64,000 bases of DNA from a virus (taxonomy: Duplodnaviria; Caudoviricetes), in the IMG/VR virus record IMGVR_UViG_3300035498_000356, positions 1 to 64,000 of that record, one strand, 5' to 3'. A program made the position numbers and the translations under genes. The notes under the pieces were generated by a model. That model was not told the origin of the DNA, ran no database searches, and saw nothing but the letters and a program-made list of their open reading frames with translations. Shown piece after piece: positions 23,713 to 35,128 of this stretch (position 1 is its first letter; each line of letters opens with the position of its first letter).

Positions 23713-24624
23713 TCAATATTCTATTCTCTTTCTTTTATCTCTTTGATTTTGAATTATTAATTGTTTTTTATAATAAGCAAGCATTAGCTCGACTTCTCTT
23801 TTTAAATAATCACAATGATATATGGTATTATTTCCATCATGGTCATAGTGATTAAGTATTAAGTCTTTAATAATAAAGTCTGGATTTATTTTTTGAAGCA
23901 TCCATGCGTAAGTAGATAATTGTAATTGATAATGATTATAATTTACATCATCTAGATTATTTAATGGATACTTCATCTTTGTTGATGTCTTTGTTTTATT
24001 ATTAAAAAATGATTTCTGTTCTATTTTACCGTTCGTTTTGTGATCGATCAAATAAATCTCATTTCCTGATTTAATTATCAAATCAATTTGTCCTGCAAGA
24101 TGCAGTATACCATCAGGAGAATCTCTATAGATTAGATATTCAGGATATACTCCATATTCCAAGTTTAAATCATAATAATCCTTTTTACATTCAAAAGTTC
24201 CACCAATTCCAAACTTTTTAAGTTGTCCAGCATTGGGATTTTTATAAAAAGAATTTTCAATATCTGCATGAATCTTAGTTCCTCTTTCACAAGATTCTCG
24301 ATTCTTTGCATCCCATTCATCTAATATGCCTTGCTTTGCCTTATTGAATTCAGTATCTGAAATATTATATTCTGTTAATATCTGATTATTAAATTTTTTA
24401 GTATCTAATAATGATTTCTTTTCAATATTCCAAGTTTCTTTAGGCAATAGTTTTTCTAGTGCCTTATAACTTGACCAAAATTCTTTATCAAATTCATTAG
24501 TAAAACTATGAATTAAAGTAGTTACTGATACGTACTTTTTACTATTATCAGTTTCATCAAAATAAACATGGGAAGCATCATTAAAACATATATTTCCATT
24601 CTTCTTATCCGCTTGCATAAACAT
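23713..24624 (-). CDS. PD-(D/E)XK nuclease family protein
   Basis: SVTTLI, RGTKIH, AGQIDL, IDHKTN, YQLQLSTY. Confidence 0.85.
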   Translation of the reverse strand: MFMQADKKNGNICFNDASHVYFDETDNSKKYVSVTTLIHSFTNEFDKEFWSSYKALEKLLPKETWNIEKKSLLDTKKFNNQILTEYNISDTEFNKAKQGILDEWDAKNRESCERGTKIHADIENSFYKNPNAGQLKKFGIGGTFECKKDYYDLNLEYGVYPEYLIYRDSPDGILHLAGQIDLIIKSGNEIYLIDHKTNGKIEQKSFFNNKTKTSTKMKYPLNNLDDVNYNHYQLQLSTYAWMLQKINPDFIIKDLILNHYDHDGNNTIYHCDYLKREVELMLAYYKKQLIIQNQRDKRKRIEY

Positions 24625-24629
24625 TTACA

Positions 24630-24857
24630 TTATTGTTGTGACTTTTTTAATAATTCATCTTTATACATCATATATTTATATTTATAATCCACACCAAGAA
24701 GTGAACCAGCAAAGGTTGCAACTTCGCCATAAGCTACTAATAGTGAACTATCAATAACGCCAAGAGGCGGGACTATAAATCCAGCTATTAATAATCCACA
24801 TCCGATAACTACAAGGAATATAGATATAAACAATTTGATATTAAGTGTTTTTTTCAT
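24630..24857 (-). CDS. Small two-TM membrane protein, holin candidate
   Basis: Two hydrophobic helices, GFIVPPLGVIDSSLL, basic C-terminus. Confidence 0.6.
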   Translation of the reverse strand: MKKTLNIKLFISIFLVVIGCGLLIAGFIVPPLGVIDSSLLVAYGEVATFAGSLLGVDYKYKYMMYKDELLKKSQQ

Positions 24858-24955
24858 TAAGAAATAATTATCTAATTATAAATTAACATTAAAATCTCAC
24901 ACCTCAAACTCTTCATCTTTTCATTATCCTTATTTTTAGAAATATTAAAAATAAT

Positions 24956-24986
24956 TTTGAATAAGTAAATATAATGATTATATTTG
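24956..24986 (+). promoter_or_regulatory. Bacteroidetes primary-sigma promoter for the + strand cargo/lysis block
   Basis: TTTG...TATATTTG about 55 nt upstream of ATG 25042. Confidence 0.55.
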
Positions 24987-25041
24987 AATAAATAAAAAAT
25001 TATTAATGTAAAAAATATTAAATTAAATTTTATTAAAGAGT

Positions 25042-25695
25042 ATGTCTGATACAAGATTTGCAACATACAATCAAGTTGTACCTCCTCCTGCATTATAGGA
25101 TACATCTGACTCATATGAAGATTATTATAATCTTCCAACTTAGGAATATAAACTTCCAGAAGTAGTTGCTGATTATGAAGAAGAGCCTGATGAAATAATA
25201 GAAGGATAGACAGAAAAATAGAAAGCTGAATAGAAAGCTAAAAAGATTATTAAGAAATACAATTTTCCTTCTAGATTTAATTCTGGTAAACAGTTTGCTA
25301 AAACTATGAATGCTTTATATAAGCAAGAATTAATTAAACGTGGATTTAATCCAAATCTATCTGTAATGTTAGTTGCTCAAGATGCTTATGAAACTGCATG
25401 GGGAAAATCTCCAAAAGGTAAATTTAATTTTGGTAACATAACAACAAATGGTAGTGATTGGACTACTAGAACAGGAAATCGTAAATGGAAAGATTTTAAA
25501 TCATTACAAGATTATGTTTCTTATAAAATAGATTTTTTAAATAACAATAGATATTAGTTCTTTAATTATGCTTCTATAAATAATATTTCTGGATCAATGC
25601 AAACTCTAGCTAATAGAGGATATGATTCTACTAATAAATAGTATGGAAATAAAACAAGTGAAGTTGCTAAAACAGTATTAAAATATGTTGGATAA
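25042..25695 (+). CDS. GH73/glucosaminidase-like peptidoglycan hydrolase (217 aa, TAG-recoded)
   Basis: AQDAYETAWG..NFGNI..F..L.DY..GYDST..YG; extends track ORF 25306-25557. Confidence 0.75.
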
Positions 25696-26293
25696 TCCTT
25701 ACAATGCTAGATGGGCTACATATAATATGGTGTAGTAGCCAGATGGTTCTGAAATAGAATATTCAGTACCAGAAATTACATTTCCAGAAATGCTTAATGA
25801 TTATCAAGAATAGCCAGAATATTATGAATCTGAATATTATGAATATCCAGAAGAATATGCAGTTGCTCAAGAAGAAAGTAAGAAGAAGTCTAAAAAACAT
25901 TATGACCATACTATCTCATTTAAATAGTTATGTGATAAACTTGGAATCAAAGTTAGAGTTACTTCTGAATTCAGACCTGGAAGCAAAACTAAATCTGGAC
26001 ATTATTCTAACCATGCATTAAAAGATCAATGGGGTAATTCAAGAGCTATAGATGTAGTTCCTGTTAATGGAGATTTTGAAGATTTAAAAAATAGATTATT
26101 ACATAGTGAAGAAGCTCGTAATTGGTTTGCTAAAAGAGGATATGGAATTATTAATGAAATGATACCTCAAGTAAACAGAAAGACAGGAGCTACTGGTAAC
26201 CATTTCCATATTGGACCTGATTCATGGGGTAGAAGAGTATGGAATCAATGGTTAGCTAATTCTAATTTAAAAGCAAATACATTTATTTCATGA
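25685..26293 (+). CDS. Peptidase M15-like Zn D-Ala-D-Ala/endopeptidase (202 aa, TAG-recoded)
   Basis: VTSEFRPG..SNH...RAIDV...NHFHIG; missed by the ORF track. Confidence 0.7.
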
Positions 26294-26877
26294 TTGCATC
26301 ACACAATTCTTTTACTTATTTAAAACCCAAAAAATGGTGGATGAGAATAGGAAGATTTATGGCTAAATGCCAGTCTAAAACTATTCAAGAACAGTATGAA
26401 AAATACAATGCTAGATTATTTGATTTAAGAGTAGATTTTGATAAAAATGATAATGTTATTTTAAGACACGGATTAGCTGTTTATAAAATTACAGAATCCG
26501 AACTTTATTCAATATTAGACTTTTTAAATACAAGAGAAGATAAGGTATTTTTAGATATAACATTTGAATGTTCATATAAAGAAAGTAAGAATCTTCCAGA
26601 GCATAAATAGGAATTATTTAAAAGATTCTGCGAATATGTAAAAAATACATATACTCATATTACATTCTTAGGTGGATTTGTTAAATATCTTTGGATTAAT
26701 ATTTACAATTTTAATACAAGCTTAGATGCTTCTAGCGTAAGCAAATTTGCTTCTGTAGCCACTAAGAATAAAATTGACGACTTATGGCCTTGGCTATTTG
26801 CTAAAATACATAATAAAAAGTCAGTAGCAGAAAATCCAAATAAATATGTCTGGATTGATTTTGTGGAAATACAATGA
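26290..26877 (+). CDS. PI-PLC-like phosphodiesterase (195 aa, one TAG)
   Basis: ASHNS, CQSKTIQEQY, RLFDLRV, RHG motifs. Confidence 0.7.
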
Positions 26878-27113
26878 AGAATTTTAAAGAATTTATTAAA
26901 TAGGTGGTAACATCTCATTCTGGCATATCTTCTAAAAGGGTATGTGGAGTATTGGGATTTATAATAATAGCATTTGTAACTATATTCTGTACAATAAATG
27001 GCATACAAGCTCCAGAAATGATTGAAACATTTATATGGGCGGTATGTGCTCTTTTGGGAATTGATAGTGTAACATCTATTTGGAAAAATATAAATAATAA
27101 TAACGATGCCTGA
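26874..27113 (+). CDS. Small two-TM membrane protein, holin candidate (79 aa, one TAG)
   Basis: SSKRVCGVLG followed by two TM helices; ATG 26874 overlaps the upstream TGA. Confidence 0.6.
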
Positions 27114-27831
27114 TTATACTAAACCAATTACTAATTATCATCCTCCTAAAAGTGATGATCCAAAAGTTATTGCATGGCTAGCCAATTGGCTTAATAATAG
27201 AAGATCTTAGCTTTATAATAATTTAGGAGGATTATTTTCATTGACTGGGTATAGTCCAGATACGTATAATATTTAGCAGAGGAAATGGGCACGTGCAGGA
27301 TTTAATAGAAGAACTTATGTAAATAAAAATTTTTATAGTCAAATAGAAAATGCAGCTTCTGCTAAGCTTTATAAACATACATTAGGCGATTGGGATGGAG
27401 GATTAGCTTATGGCTACTATAAACCATCTAATCATTCTGTTCATATAAGGCCTTTTGTATTTGAAGAAGAAAAGACATAGAATCCCGATGTTCATGAATA
27501 TACTCATGCTATGCATGCCACTCCTTAGTTATCCGCTATTGGTAATATTTTAAAAACAGCTAAAATAAATAAAGATTGGATTAAAGAGCATTAGGATAAT
27601 TAGAATATTTTAAATTATCTTTTAGACTCAAACGAAATATATTCTCGAATGATGGATTTTAGATATACCACCAAAATGAGTCCGAATCAAATAGCTGATT
27701 AGAAATTTTTAAATTAGCATAGATAGCAAATTAAAGATTTTGATTTAGACATGTTTGAAGATAAAGATTTAATGAGAATATTTAATGAAGTTGCGTATTA
27801 GCCTAATGAAGAATCAACTTATATAACTTAA
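27106..27831 (+). CDS. Zincin-like metalloprotease (241 aa, TAG-recoded)
   Basis: VHEYTHAMH and downstream EIYSR; absent from the ORF track. Confidence 0.7.
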
Positions 27832-27837
27832 ATATAA

Positions 27838-29802
27838 ATGGCAACACCTAATGAATTAACATCGGATAGAATTAAAGATAAAGAAGCACAAGAAGAAGCT
27901 CATAAGAAAGCATTTTCTTTGTTATTTCATAAAGCAGCTGAAGAACGAACTAAAGAATTAACAACTCCTGGATATAAAAGTAATATTGGAACTGGAGTTC
28001 AAACTGAAGCTACAATATCTTCTCCTAAAGAAGATTTAAGAACACAAGAACAAAAAGATTATCAAGAACAATATAATGCTAACCTTCAATAGAATTAGCA
28101 AAGGTTACAAGAAGCTGAATGGTTCTTAGACTTTTTAAATGCTCCATATAATCCAGTTAGATGGGTTCCTGGAATGTATACACTAGGTAATATTAATGCT
28201 GATAATGCTTATAGTAGAGTAAACAATACAGCATTTACTCCTTATACAATTCCTGGATTAGTATCAAGTGCATTAGATGCTACATTATTATCAGGAACTG
28301 GTCCAGCATCAGGATATGTAAGTGGATATGTTGGTGAAAGTATTGGTAGAAAAGTAGGTGAACATTTTGGTAATGGAGATACTGGAGCTGCAATAGGTGG
28401 ATTAGCTGGAGGAATTAGTGGCCCAATTTTTAGTAATATTACAAGACCTTACAGATTTGGTTAGTTATTAAACTATGAATCTAAGCATTTCCCTATATTT
28501 AGAGAAGAGCCATTGTTAAATGTTGGATGGGGTCCTAAACAAACTATAAACGTAACTAACGAATCTAATCATGCAACAATTTCACCTTTATATAATGGAA
28601 AACGTTGGGATGTTGTTAATGAAGGAGCTAACCCATTTGGAATTTGGTGGACTGGATAGCTTGGAATTCCGCGTACTACTGAAACTGGAAATACTGCGAT
28701 ACAAGCACAAAAAGCAGTTAATGCTAGAAATCTCTTTGCTAAACGACCATATACTTATTCTGGTGAATTACAATTAAATAAGCCTATGATTACTGTAGGC
28801 GATGTTCCTGATAGATCAAGATTATCTTGGTTTGCTGATGAAGCAGGAGCTGATGGTCTTGTTTATAATGATGTTTATGATAATGGATATAATAATAATT
28901 AGGTAATATTAGGATTTAAATATCCTGATAATATAAATCAATTTGTAAAGAATTATTTACAAGAAGGTTATGGAAGTAATTATCCAAGTTCTAGTAATTA
29001 TGATAATATGATTAATTTTATAACTAAAGATATGTTTCCTAGACTTAGAGCACAAGGTCATAATCCTTCTGAAACATCAATTCCTGAAATAAGAGTTCTT
29101 GATCCAAAAAATGATTATTTAGATGCTTTGTTGATAAATGATAATGGTGGAGCATGGTATACTCCTCTTTTTCATGATGCTACTTTAAGGGGTCCTATTG
29201 AAAATCAGGATTATGGATTACTACTTCATGAAGTAGGAGGTCATGGAATAAGGTATGGGTTTAATAGATTAGGTGTAGGAATAAGACAGAAGTTTAATTC
29301 TACACTTACTAAACTTGGAGAAAAAATAGGAGAAGATTTTAGTACTCCTATCAACAAAGTTCCATTGAAAGTTAATGAACAAGAAATGTCAATTGTTAAA
29401 GATGTTTATCCTCAAGTATCAAGATACCCTAAATTAGAAAATTTAGAAGATAAGATATTATCTGAATAGTTAGCTGTTAATACATAGTTTAGAGCCAAAA
29501 TATCATAGCGTAATGGATATGTTGTTGGCAAAGAACTTGATGAAGCTATATAGAATACATCTCCTGGTGAAATTTTAAAAATGGAAATCGACCAGCCTTA
29601 TACAAGTTCTATTGTATCTGATATTGCTAAAATTACTAAATTAGATGAAGATGATGTTATGTGGATGACTTCGAAAGAATTAACAGATTTGTGTAATAAA
29701 CATCCTTAGCTAATTAGTATGGTTGATAAAGTTAAAAATGCTATGATGAAAGTAGCTGTTGGTACAGGTGTTACTTTAGGATTAAATCAAAATAAACAAT
29801 GA
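27838..29802 (+). CDS. Large virion cargo-like protein with Gly-rich segment and C-terminal zincin-like motif (654 aa, TAG-recoded)
   Basis: Track ORFs 27838, 28174 and 29008 share a frame; GAAIGGLAGGISG; LLHEVGGHG. Confidence 0.7.
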
Positions 29803-29863
29803 GATAGAAACAATAATGTTAAATAAACTATAGATATTTTATAACAATTAAAAATAAAATTAA

Positions 29864-30961
29864 ATGCCAAATTACATAGACATTAATACCAACGAACAAT
29901 ACACTGATATTCCAGAAGGTAAAGTTTAGCCAGTGATTGTTAATGGTCAACCTGTTACTGAATCGGCATATGATAGTTATTATAACTCACATCCTAATCA
30001 ATTAGATGAAGTATATGTAACTCCTCGCAGTACAACTATGGGAGCATATTATGATAGAATGGCTAATGCTTCTCCTGATAATTATATAAGAGCTGTAAAT
30101 AGAGATGCAGAAGATGCATAGATTAGAAGAAATAATTATTGGGAAGGAGTATTAAATTTTGCTGTTCCATCTACTCTATTTGGAGGTGCGGTTAGAAATG
30201 GAAATTTCTTTACAAATGTATTATATGGTAATAATGGAGTTGTAACAGATAATTTTTATCAAAGACATCCTTATGTATCCAATGCTATAAATTTAGGTGT
30301 TGATTTTGTTACTCCTGCTGCTTTTTCGTTAGGAACTAGAGGATTATCTAGACTTTATCGTTGGGGAACTACTCCTAGATATATAGGAGGTGGCGCTGAA
30401 GCAGAAGTTTATTCTGCTCCATTTTCTAATAAAGTTTATAAGATTGGATTAGATCCAGAACATGTAAACTTAAAGAATCAATTACCAGAAACAGTTCCGC
30501 ATAAGTTTGAAGGATATACTCCTGATGGATAGACAATATATTCATAGAGAAAAATGTATGTTCCTAATGAAGTTAAATAGAAATAGTTTAGTGATATGCT
30601 ACAACGATTAACTGATAATGGTTATTATCCAAATACAGTAGAAGGAGCAATTGATGTTGACGCTGTTAATCCTGTTTCTGGATATACTATAACTGATATG
30701 GGTGCAGGTAATATTGGAACATCAAGTAGATTTAGTAGAAAATATAAATTAATAGATCCTAGTGTTCTTCCTTTAGAAGATTATACAAGTCTCTATTATA
30801 AAAAAGGAGGTATGATTAAGAAAGAGAATAGAGGTAAGTTTACTAAATATTGCAATGGTAAAGTTACTGAAGAATGTATTAATAAAGGCAAACATAGTCC
30901 CGATCCTAAAATTAGAAAGAGAGCTGTATTTGCTTAGAATGCTAGAAAATGGAATGAGTAA
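29864..30961 (+). CDS. Cargo-like protein with protein-kinase-like domain (365 aa, TAG-recoded)
   Basis: IGGGAEAEVY..KVYK, TDMGAGNIG, KLIDP; basic C-terminal KENRGKFT..RKRAVFA*NARKW module. Confidence 0.65.
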
Positions 30962-31829
30962 ATATGTAAAGACTAGAGCAGGTGTACATCAATATGGGTC
31001 TTTTGTAAAACTTAAAGGAGAAAACTTTTGGCGTAGAGTAAATTCTGATGGGACATTAACTAAAGTGGCTGATGGTAAATACGGAACATTTGATTATAAA
31101 AAAGCTCCTAAAAAAGTAAGAAAAGACACATCGTTTAGAGTTTCATTAGCTAATACAGTTAATCCTTCTGATGAATACCCTGGCTTTTGGAGAGGAATTG
31201 GATTATATCATAAAGTTAAAAAGAATAAAAATAAAGTAACCGATCGTACATATAATTTATATTCAATTGGTGATAGTATTTCAGAAGCTGCTTGGAGAAA
31301 ATATTTAGGGCTAGGATATGATCATAACTTATTGCCTAAAGGGGTCTATGATGATAGAGGTGGATACGGTGATAATACAGTTAGACTTCCAATTAGTGTT
31401 GAAAAGGAAATCCCAACTGATACTACTTTCTTAAAGAATAGAATAAAAGCAAATTAGGATGCATTAAACAACGGTTCTCCAAAATCTAATGCTGTTATTG
31501 ATCAAATGCAATTTGCTATTGATGCTGACACACATGCATTAAATTCATTACGTGAAACATATAAAACTGGAAAACCTGTACCTATGACAGAAATGGCATA
31601 TAATTCTAGAAAAGGTATAATTGATTATTCTACTCCTAATTACTAGGCTTTTGATATAACTCCATTAAATGCGTTAGGGTTATATAATATACGATACGAT
31701 AAAGATTCTAATACAATGTATTATAGTGATACATATGATTTTGATAATTTTCATTATCCATTTAATATGGATAATTTTTTAGAAGGGAAACCTGTTAGAT
31801 TTAGAGGTGTAATTGATTTAAATAATTAA
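30954..31829 (+). CDS. Hypothetical virion protein (291 aa, TAG-recoded)
   Basis: MSKYVKTRAG..; reads through TAG 31455; YYSDTYDFD near the C-terminus. Confidence 0.65.
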
Positions 31830-31832
31830 AAA

Positions 31833-33770
31833 ATGGCTGGCAAAATAACATATACTTCTGATATTAGTAATATTGCAGGTCCTGTTGTATTTAATATAGA
31901 TGGTAAATAGCTTTAGTTTTAGAATGGTAAAGATGCTTAGGAATATTTTACTAAGCACTTTTCTAATTCTAATAAAGTTATGCAATTAATACAATATGAA
32001 AATAATAATGATGCATCTAGGCCTGAATATGAATTTACAATAACAGCTCCGAGAGTTTAGAAAGATAATAATTCTAGTAATTCCAGTGATCCTATTGTTC
32101 AAGGTATTCTTAATGGAGAATATAACGGAATTAAATTTGAACCAACACAACAGAATGTTTAGCATTATTTAGATTTATATAATTCAGATAAAGAAGTTGG
32201 TAATAAATTTAGCGGTAAAGAATATGCTAAATTAGCTGGAATAATAGGAGCTGGAGCATTGGCGGCATATGGAGGAGCATATGCATTAAGCACACTTCCC
32301 TAGTGGGGACCTACAGCAGGAAGATTGTTTTCTAAATATGTAGCTGCTCCTACTGCTGCTGGAGAAACATTTGATTTAGTCACAAGACCTTTATTAGGAG
32401 GTTAGACTACATCCGAATTAGCAAGCAATTATTTACAAAGACGTGGATGGAATTAGACACTTGCTGATGTAACTGGTTCATTTACAAATCCTGGTTATTG
32501 GATTAATTTTGGAGGTACTGGTAGATATACAGCTCCATTATTTAATAAAATTGGATTAGGTTTAGAAAAAGAATTTTTAACTCCAGAAATGGAATAGTTT
32601 GTTAAAAGTAATTTACCTAAAGGTAATTTGTTAAAAGGTGAGTTTTAGACTAGAGTTTCTGAACCAGTTGTAAATTCTAATAATAATAATTTTATTAGTA
32701 ATTCTAGTAAATTATCATTTGCAGAACGAATAGGATTACCTAAACAAGATAGAAATAATTTAAATAAACTTCAAAAAGATGCTCTTGATGATTTAGAGCA
32801 ATATATTAACTCAGGATAGCACAGATAGACGCCTTATGTTGATGAAGTTACAGGAGCATTTCATTGGGGGAATAAAAATGAAAATATTCCAGCAATTAAA
32901 ATTTTAATGGAAAAAGGAGTGCCTAATAGAAATGGTAAATTTAATTGGAGATCACCTTACGGCGGACAATATGCTCTTGATGAAAATATGTTATTTGCAG
33001 AATATTCTCCACATTCAATGTTTGAATTAATTCCTGAATTTAGAATTAGATTAGGTGAAGCAAGTTCAACAACAGGAAAATATGGATATAGAAAACTATA
33101 TTTAACATCTCCAAAGGTTGATGCATAGACTTTAATTACCAAAAACGCAGAAGAAGAATTATTAAAATAGAAATTAATACAAGAATCTTCTCCACGAATA
33201 GACAAAAACATAATGAAATCTTTTTGGATAGGAATAAATGATACTACAAAACCTGGTACATATATTTCAGGTGATGAAGGATCGCTTCCATTAGGATATT
33301 TTTTAATTGATGCATATAAAAGTATGCTTAAGGATAAATCGTTTGACAGAGATAATTTTGGAAATATAATTGGACATTCGAGAAAAAATTTTATAGATAT
33401 TGTAAATACATTAAATAGACCATTTAAATGGAAAGCTAGAATTGACGGATTATCTACAGATTCATATTTAGCGTTATTAAAATAGGCTGCAAGAGAAAAT
33501 AGTCCTTACGAATTAAGATATTCTCTTGACGGATTTACAACATTTAATAATTAGAGTATAGATAATAAATTTATTTCAGATTTATTAGAAAAAACTAAAT
33601 CTGGAGAAGCTACGCAAGAAGAATTTTTAAATGCATTCCATGATTGGGTCGCTCCTTACAATGGAATGGATGCAAAAATAGTTAATGGAGAAATTGTAAT
33701 TCCTCATCCATTTTTATATAAACGCAAGAAAGGTGGAAAATTAAACAATAAAGTAAATGCAACCTCTTGA
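31833..33770 (+). CDS. Large virion cargo-like protein (645 aa, TAG-recoded)
   Basis: Track ORFs 32907 and 33213 in frame; hydrophobic AGIIGAGALAAYGGAYAL; ends KRKKGGKL. Confidence 0.7.
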
Positions 33771-34017
33771 AGTACGCCAAGCTAATAGAGCTTTATTAAG
33801 AGCGGCTAAAACTAAATGTGAGATATGTGGTGAGTCAGACTACTGTTGTTTAGAGATGCATCATAAAGAGAATAAACAATATAACATATCTAAAGCAGTA
33901 TAGAATATACCTACTAGATTATTTAAGAAAGAATTATCTAAATGTTTTTGTTGTTGTTCTAACTGTCATAAGAAGTTACATAATAAATCAATAATGCCGG
34001 CCTAGGAGAAATCCTAA
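33757..34017 (+). CDS. Small HNH endonuclease (86 aa, TAG-recoded)
   Basis: CEICG..LEMHH...CSNCHKKLH. Confidence 0.75.
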
Positions 34018-34029
34018 GTCGGCATTATT
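33990..34029. terminator. Bidirectional terminator between convergent blocks
   Basis: aataatgccggcctagga-gaaa-tcctaagtcggcattatt inverted repeat. Confidence 0.7.
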
Positions 34030-34082
34030 TTATATAAATATCATATGTAGGGAGATTTATTAATATCTATAATATTAGCGAT

Positions 34083-34271
34083 TTAATATTTAACACTTTC
34101 ATAATTAATTTCGTCTAAAAAATTTAGAAAGAATTGTTCATTAGTTAATCCTGCTTCTTCAACAGAATGTATGTAAGCCTTAAGCGTTAATAGAATAGTT
34201 TGACCCATACTATATAATCTATTCTTTTCATTATCATATTGTCCTTGTTTGATTCCAGAAATCTTCTGCAT
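34083..34271 (-). CDS. Hypothetical protein
   Basis: Track ORF. Confidence 0.5.
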   Translation of the reverse strand: MQKISGIKQGQYDNEKNRLYSMGQTILLTLKAYIHSVEEAGLTNEQFFLNFLDEINYESVKY

Positions 34272-34275
34272 TTTT

Positions 34276-34578
34276 TTAAGATTCTAATTCATACACTCTG
34301 TTATTTACATAATACTTTTGTTTTTTAATGTCAGATAAAAAAGTATCATATTTGTTATTAGGATTTCTATATCTATACCATTTAAGAGTATATTCTTCAT
34401 TCGGAATATACTCTTTTTTATTTCCTCCTGTTAATTCAACAAATCTATTTTCTAATTTGTCATTATCTACTTCCTCAATTATTTCAATATCAGACTTATT
34501 TAATTTAAGTCGTTTTAATTTCTTATCAAGATTGTTTGCTTGATATAATTTATTATTATATTTAAATATTGTTCCCAT
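34276..34578 (-). CDS. Hypothetical protein
   Basis: Track ORF starting immediately after the suppressor tRNA. Confidence 0.6.
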   Translation of the reverse strand: MGTIFKYNNKLYQANNLDKKLKRLKLNKSDIEIIEEVDNDKLENRFVELTGGNKKEYIPNEEYTLKWYRYRNPNNKYDTFLSDIKKQKYYVNNRVYELES

Positions 34579-34579
34579 G

Positions 34580-34650
34580 TTCCCAAACCAGGATTCGAAC
34601 CCGGACTAAAGGATTTAGAGTCCCCTTTGCTACCATTACAACATTCGGGA
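34580..34650 (-). tRNA. Amber suppressor tRNA (anticodon CUA), Gln-like
   Basis: TCCCGAA/TTTGGGA acceptor with U1-A72, D-loop AATGGT, GGGGA-CT-CTA-AA-TCCTT anticodon arm, CCGGG-TTCGAAT-CCTGG T arm. Confidence 0.92.
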
Positions 34651-34665
34651 AAAAGAAGTACAGTA

Positions 34666-35061
34666 TTACTGTACTTCAAATCTTTCTTTTAGTTTAACTA
34701 AATTTTTTATACGTTCGTCTATAACGCTATTTATTTCATCGTATATAATATCAAGAGCTTCCTGAATATCTTCGGAATCTTCTTTTGTGATATTATCTTT
34801 ATTTATAAGCTCATCAAGCTTACAGAAATCAAGTTGATCTTCAAGTCGTTCAGCTACTTCGATAAATGTATCATCATCAAGAGCTTTAATATCTTCTTTG
34901 TATTTATTAATGACTTTCTTAATAGGACATTCAGTTATCTCAACTTCTTTATCATTAATAAGCAACTTTTTCTTACCATTGACGTCTGAAAACTAAATAG
35001 TTACAGCATCTTCTAATTCTAAATTCGTAAGTAGATTAAATAATTCTTTTAAAATATCCAT
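34666..35061 (-). CDS. Acidic hypothetical protein (131 aa, one TAG)
   Basis: ATG 35061 in frame with track ORF 34666-34965 across TAG 34993. Confidence 0.65.
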
Positions 35062-35086
35062 AAACTTTTAATTTTTAATTACATAG

Positions 35087-35118
35087 CAAATATAATGATT
35101 CTGAAATTATTATCCAAA
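35087..35118 (-). promoter_or_regulatory. Bacteroidetes promoter driving the suppressor-tRNA operon
   Basis: TTTG...TATATTTG. Confidence 0.65.
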
Positions 35119-35128
35119 CATAGAATAG

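Noticed and set aside
45-34017. Fragmented ORFs as pseudogenes or sequencing errors
   Set aside because: Breaks are TAG, frames stay continuous in essential genes, and a CUA tRNA is present
34500-34580. HDV-like (theta) ribozyme 3' of the suppressor tRNA
   Set aside because: The next gene's ATG follows directly and I see no nested pseudoknot
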